The notes below the pieces were generated by a model. It was not told where the DNA came from. It made no database searches and was given only the letters and a program-made list of their open reading frames with translations. Made by a program: the position numbers and the translations under genes. A stretch of DNA of 64,000 nt, taken from an uncultured Aliarcobacter sp. (GTDB lineage: Bacteria > Campylobacterota > Campylobacteria > Campylobacterales > Arcobacteraceae). The stretch is from contig OY781945.1 in the NCBI GenBank assembly GCA_963677435.1, positions 448,001-512,000 of the forward strand. The letters are read 5' to 3'. Below are positions 62,362 to 64,000 of this stretch, one piece after another (the first letter of the stretch is position 1; each line of letters starts with the position of its first letter).

Positions 62362-63354
62362 TTATTCCTTTTTTAAATCACTAACTAATACTAAATCACC
62401 TTTAGAAAGGTTTTTATTAAATTTCATACCAAATTTATTGATTATTTCAAACGGTGAATAGTTAAGATCAGTTTTTATTCTTTTATATTCTAAAAGGTCT
62501 TTAGTTAATATATCATCTTTGCTTATATCTTGTTTCAAAATAGGAGCTTTTTTTAGTATTCCTACTCTTGAATAGTTTTTTTCACCTTCACTTAAGTTTA
62601 AAGAGCCACTTCCTAAAGATTTTGAAATAATCTCCATTTTATTATGAAGATTATCTAGCATTTCAAAATTTATAGTTGCTTCATAATCCAATCTTGCAAT
62701 ACCAAATTGTGAAGTAACATGTTTTTCTATATAATTAACACCTAAACTAGCTCCTGTTAATGTAATAAGTTCATTGAAATCTTCATTATATCCACAATGA
62801 TCAGCATAACCAAATTCTAAATTTGGATAAAACTGCATAATCTTTTTTAATCTATTGAAATTTATTTCTTCAAATTTTGTAGGATAATTTTGGAAACCAT
62901 ACATCAAGATAATATCATTTGTATTTAAATAATTTAAAGCAAAATCAATTTCTTCAATAGTATTTCCACTTATTCCTAATGCAATTTTCGTATTTTTAGG
63001 TTTATTCGCTTTTAAATAATCTAGTAAATTTAAATCTGTCATACAAACAGCATGTAATTCAATGATTTTAGGATTAAATGTACAAGCGAATTCAATTGCT
63101 TTTGTATCATTACATAAAAGCATTAATTCTTCAGGTTTAAATATGTTTAAAACTTTTTCCCAATTTTCTTTTGATATTTTCCATTTATTGTAACCCTCAT
63201 ATAATTTATGACTTTTATCAATATATTCATCTAAATCTAATAAAAGATGAAATTTAGCGATATCTGCTTTGCTAAGTTTGATTTTTTCTGCTAAATCAAC
63301 TAGAAAATCGATATCTCCTTCATGATGCCATGCTGTTTCTGCAATTAGTTTCAT
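62362..63354 (-). CDS. Divergent NeuB/SpsE-family nonulosonate synthase
   Basis: IAETAWHHEGD, AKFH, NYPT, GYADH, IEKHVT, C-terminal SAF/AFP-like domain. Confidence 0.85.
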   Translation of the reverse strand: MKLIAETAWHHEGDIDFLVDLAEKIKLSKADIAKFHLLLDLDEYIDKSHKLYEGYNKWKISKENWEKVLNIFKPEELMLLCNDTKAIEFACTFNPKIIELHAVCMTDLNLLDYLKANKPKNTKIALGISGNTIEEIDFALNYLNTNDIILMYGFQNYPTKFEEINFNRLKKIMQFYPNLEFGYADHCGYNEDFNELITLTGASLGVNYIEKHVTSQFGIARLDYEATINFEMLDNLHNKMEIISKSLGSGSLNLSEGEKNYSRVGILKKAPILKQDISKDDILTKDLLEYKRIKTDLNYSPFEIINKFGMKFNKNLSKGDLVLVSDLKKE

Positions 63355-63355
63355 A

Positions 63356-64000
63356 CTATTCTCCTAAATTTTTTAAAATATTTTTTGCTTTTTCTATCAT
63401 TGAATCTTCATATAAATGTGTAAATCTATATTGTGCTTTTTGTGATATCTTTATATATATTTTTAGGTATTTTATAGATAGCTCTTTATTCTTATTTCTA
63501 TTGAAAAGATATAAATTGTAAAAGTAATCAGCTATTTGCCAATTCTTTGGAAGTTCCATCATTTTATTTTCTAATTTATTATCATAGAGATATTTCAAAT
63601 AAAAGCCTTTAAATCCAATTGGATAGCGTTTATAGTCTTTTAAAATTCTATTAAGGCCTTCTTCAATATATTTATTTTTTAATATATTTAGTTTTTCTTT
63701 TTGTAAATTTTTTTCTAATTCTAGAAAGTTATTGTTATTGATTTCATAAAGTAATTCTTTTCTTTCTTTTTCTAATCTAAAACCTGTAATTATATTTATT
63801 CTATAAAACTCTTCTAAAATTGAATTCATTGTTCTATATATTTGAGGGAAAGTATCTAATTTTTTATTCACATTAATTTTATAATTATCTATTGTTGTGG
63901 AAAAAAGAAGTTTTCCTTTGTATTCTTTCATAAAATAAGCAAATTCTATTATGCTTTTTTCAAACTTTTTTTCTCTTTTATAAAATAAATAGTTTTTAAA
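63356..64000 (-). CDS. 3' part of a longer uncharacterised protein (5' end outside the window)
   Basis: The frame stays open from the track's ATG (63931) to the window edge (FKNYLFYKREKKFEKSIIEFAYF-MKEY...); ends 1 bp before the NeuB-like gene. Confidence 0.7.
   Translation of the reverse strand, partial: FKNYLFYKREKKFEKSIIEFAYFMKEYKGKLLFSTTIDNYKINVNKKLDTFPQIYRTMNSILEEFYRINIITGFRLEKERKELLYEINNNNFLELEKNLQKEKLNILKNKYIEEGLNRILKDYKRYPIGFKGFYLKYLYDNKLENKMMELPKNWQIADYFYNLYLFNRNKNKELSIKYLKIYIKISQKAQYRFTHLYEDSMIEKAKNILKNLGE

Noticed and set aside
63356..63931. A complete 191-aa protein, or a Maf flagellin glycosyltransferase
   Set aside because: The frame is open to the window edge, so it is a fragment, and no Maf motif is visible in the available part

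Overview
AT-rich Campylobacterota chromosome segment. Gene content and order (flavodoxin-type nuoA-N, mqnD, AMIN-ftsB-eno-recA, pse genes) point to Arcobacteraceae or a close relative; this is inferred, not searched. 1-10.7 kb holds signalling and housekeeping genes: a partial haem-c sensor/HAMP/degenerate GGDEF/EAL protein missing from the ORF track, type II NADH dehydrogenase, nfo, dauA, TetR, two Sel1 lipoproteins and an AAA ATPase. 11-24.9 kb is a complete 14-gene complex I operon in which the Campylobacterota-specific NuoX/NuoY replace NuoE/F. 24.9-35.8 kb is core genes. 36-64 kb is a large surface-glycan island made of two convergent operons. The + strand operon has pseB/C/F/I/G/H, an ACP-SDR-acyl ligase cassette, Galf genes and a probable PRPP-dependent ribofuranosyltransferase. 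The - strand operon runs off the window end. It has a divergent NeuB/SpsF pair and an unusual module of HAD phosphatase, divergent GAPDH paralogue, cytidylyltransferase, HpcH aldolase, D-2-hydroxyacid dehydrogenase and 2OG dioxygenase, the best candidate here for an undescribed CMP-keto-acid sugar pathway. I saw no rRNA, tRNA, CRISPR array or mobile element. All family calls come from motif recognition by eye.
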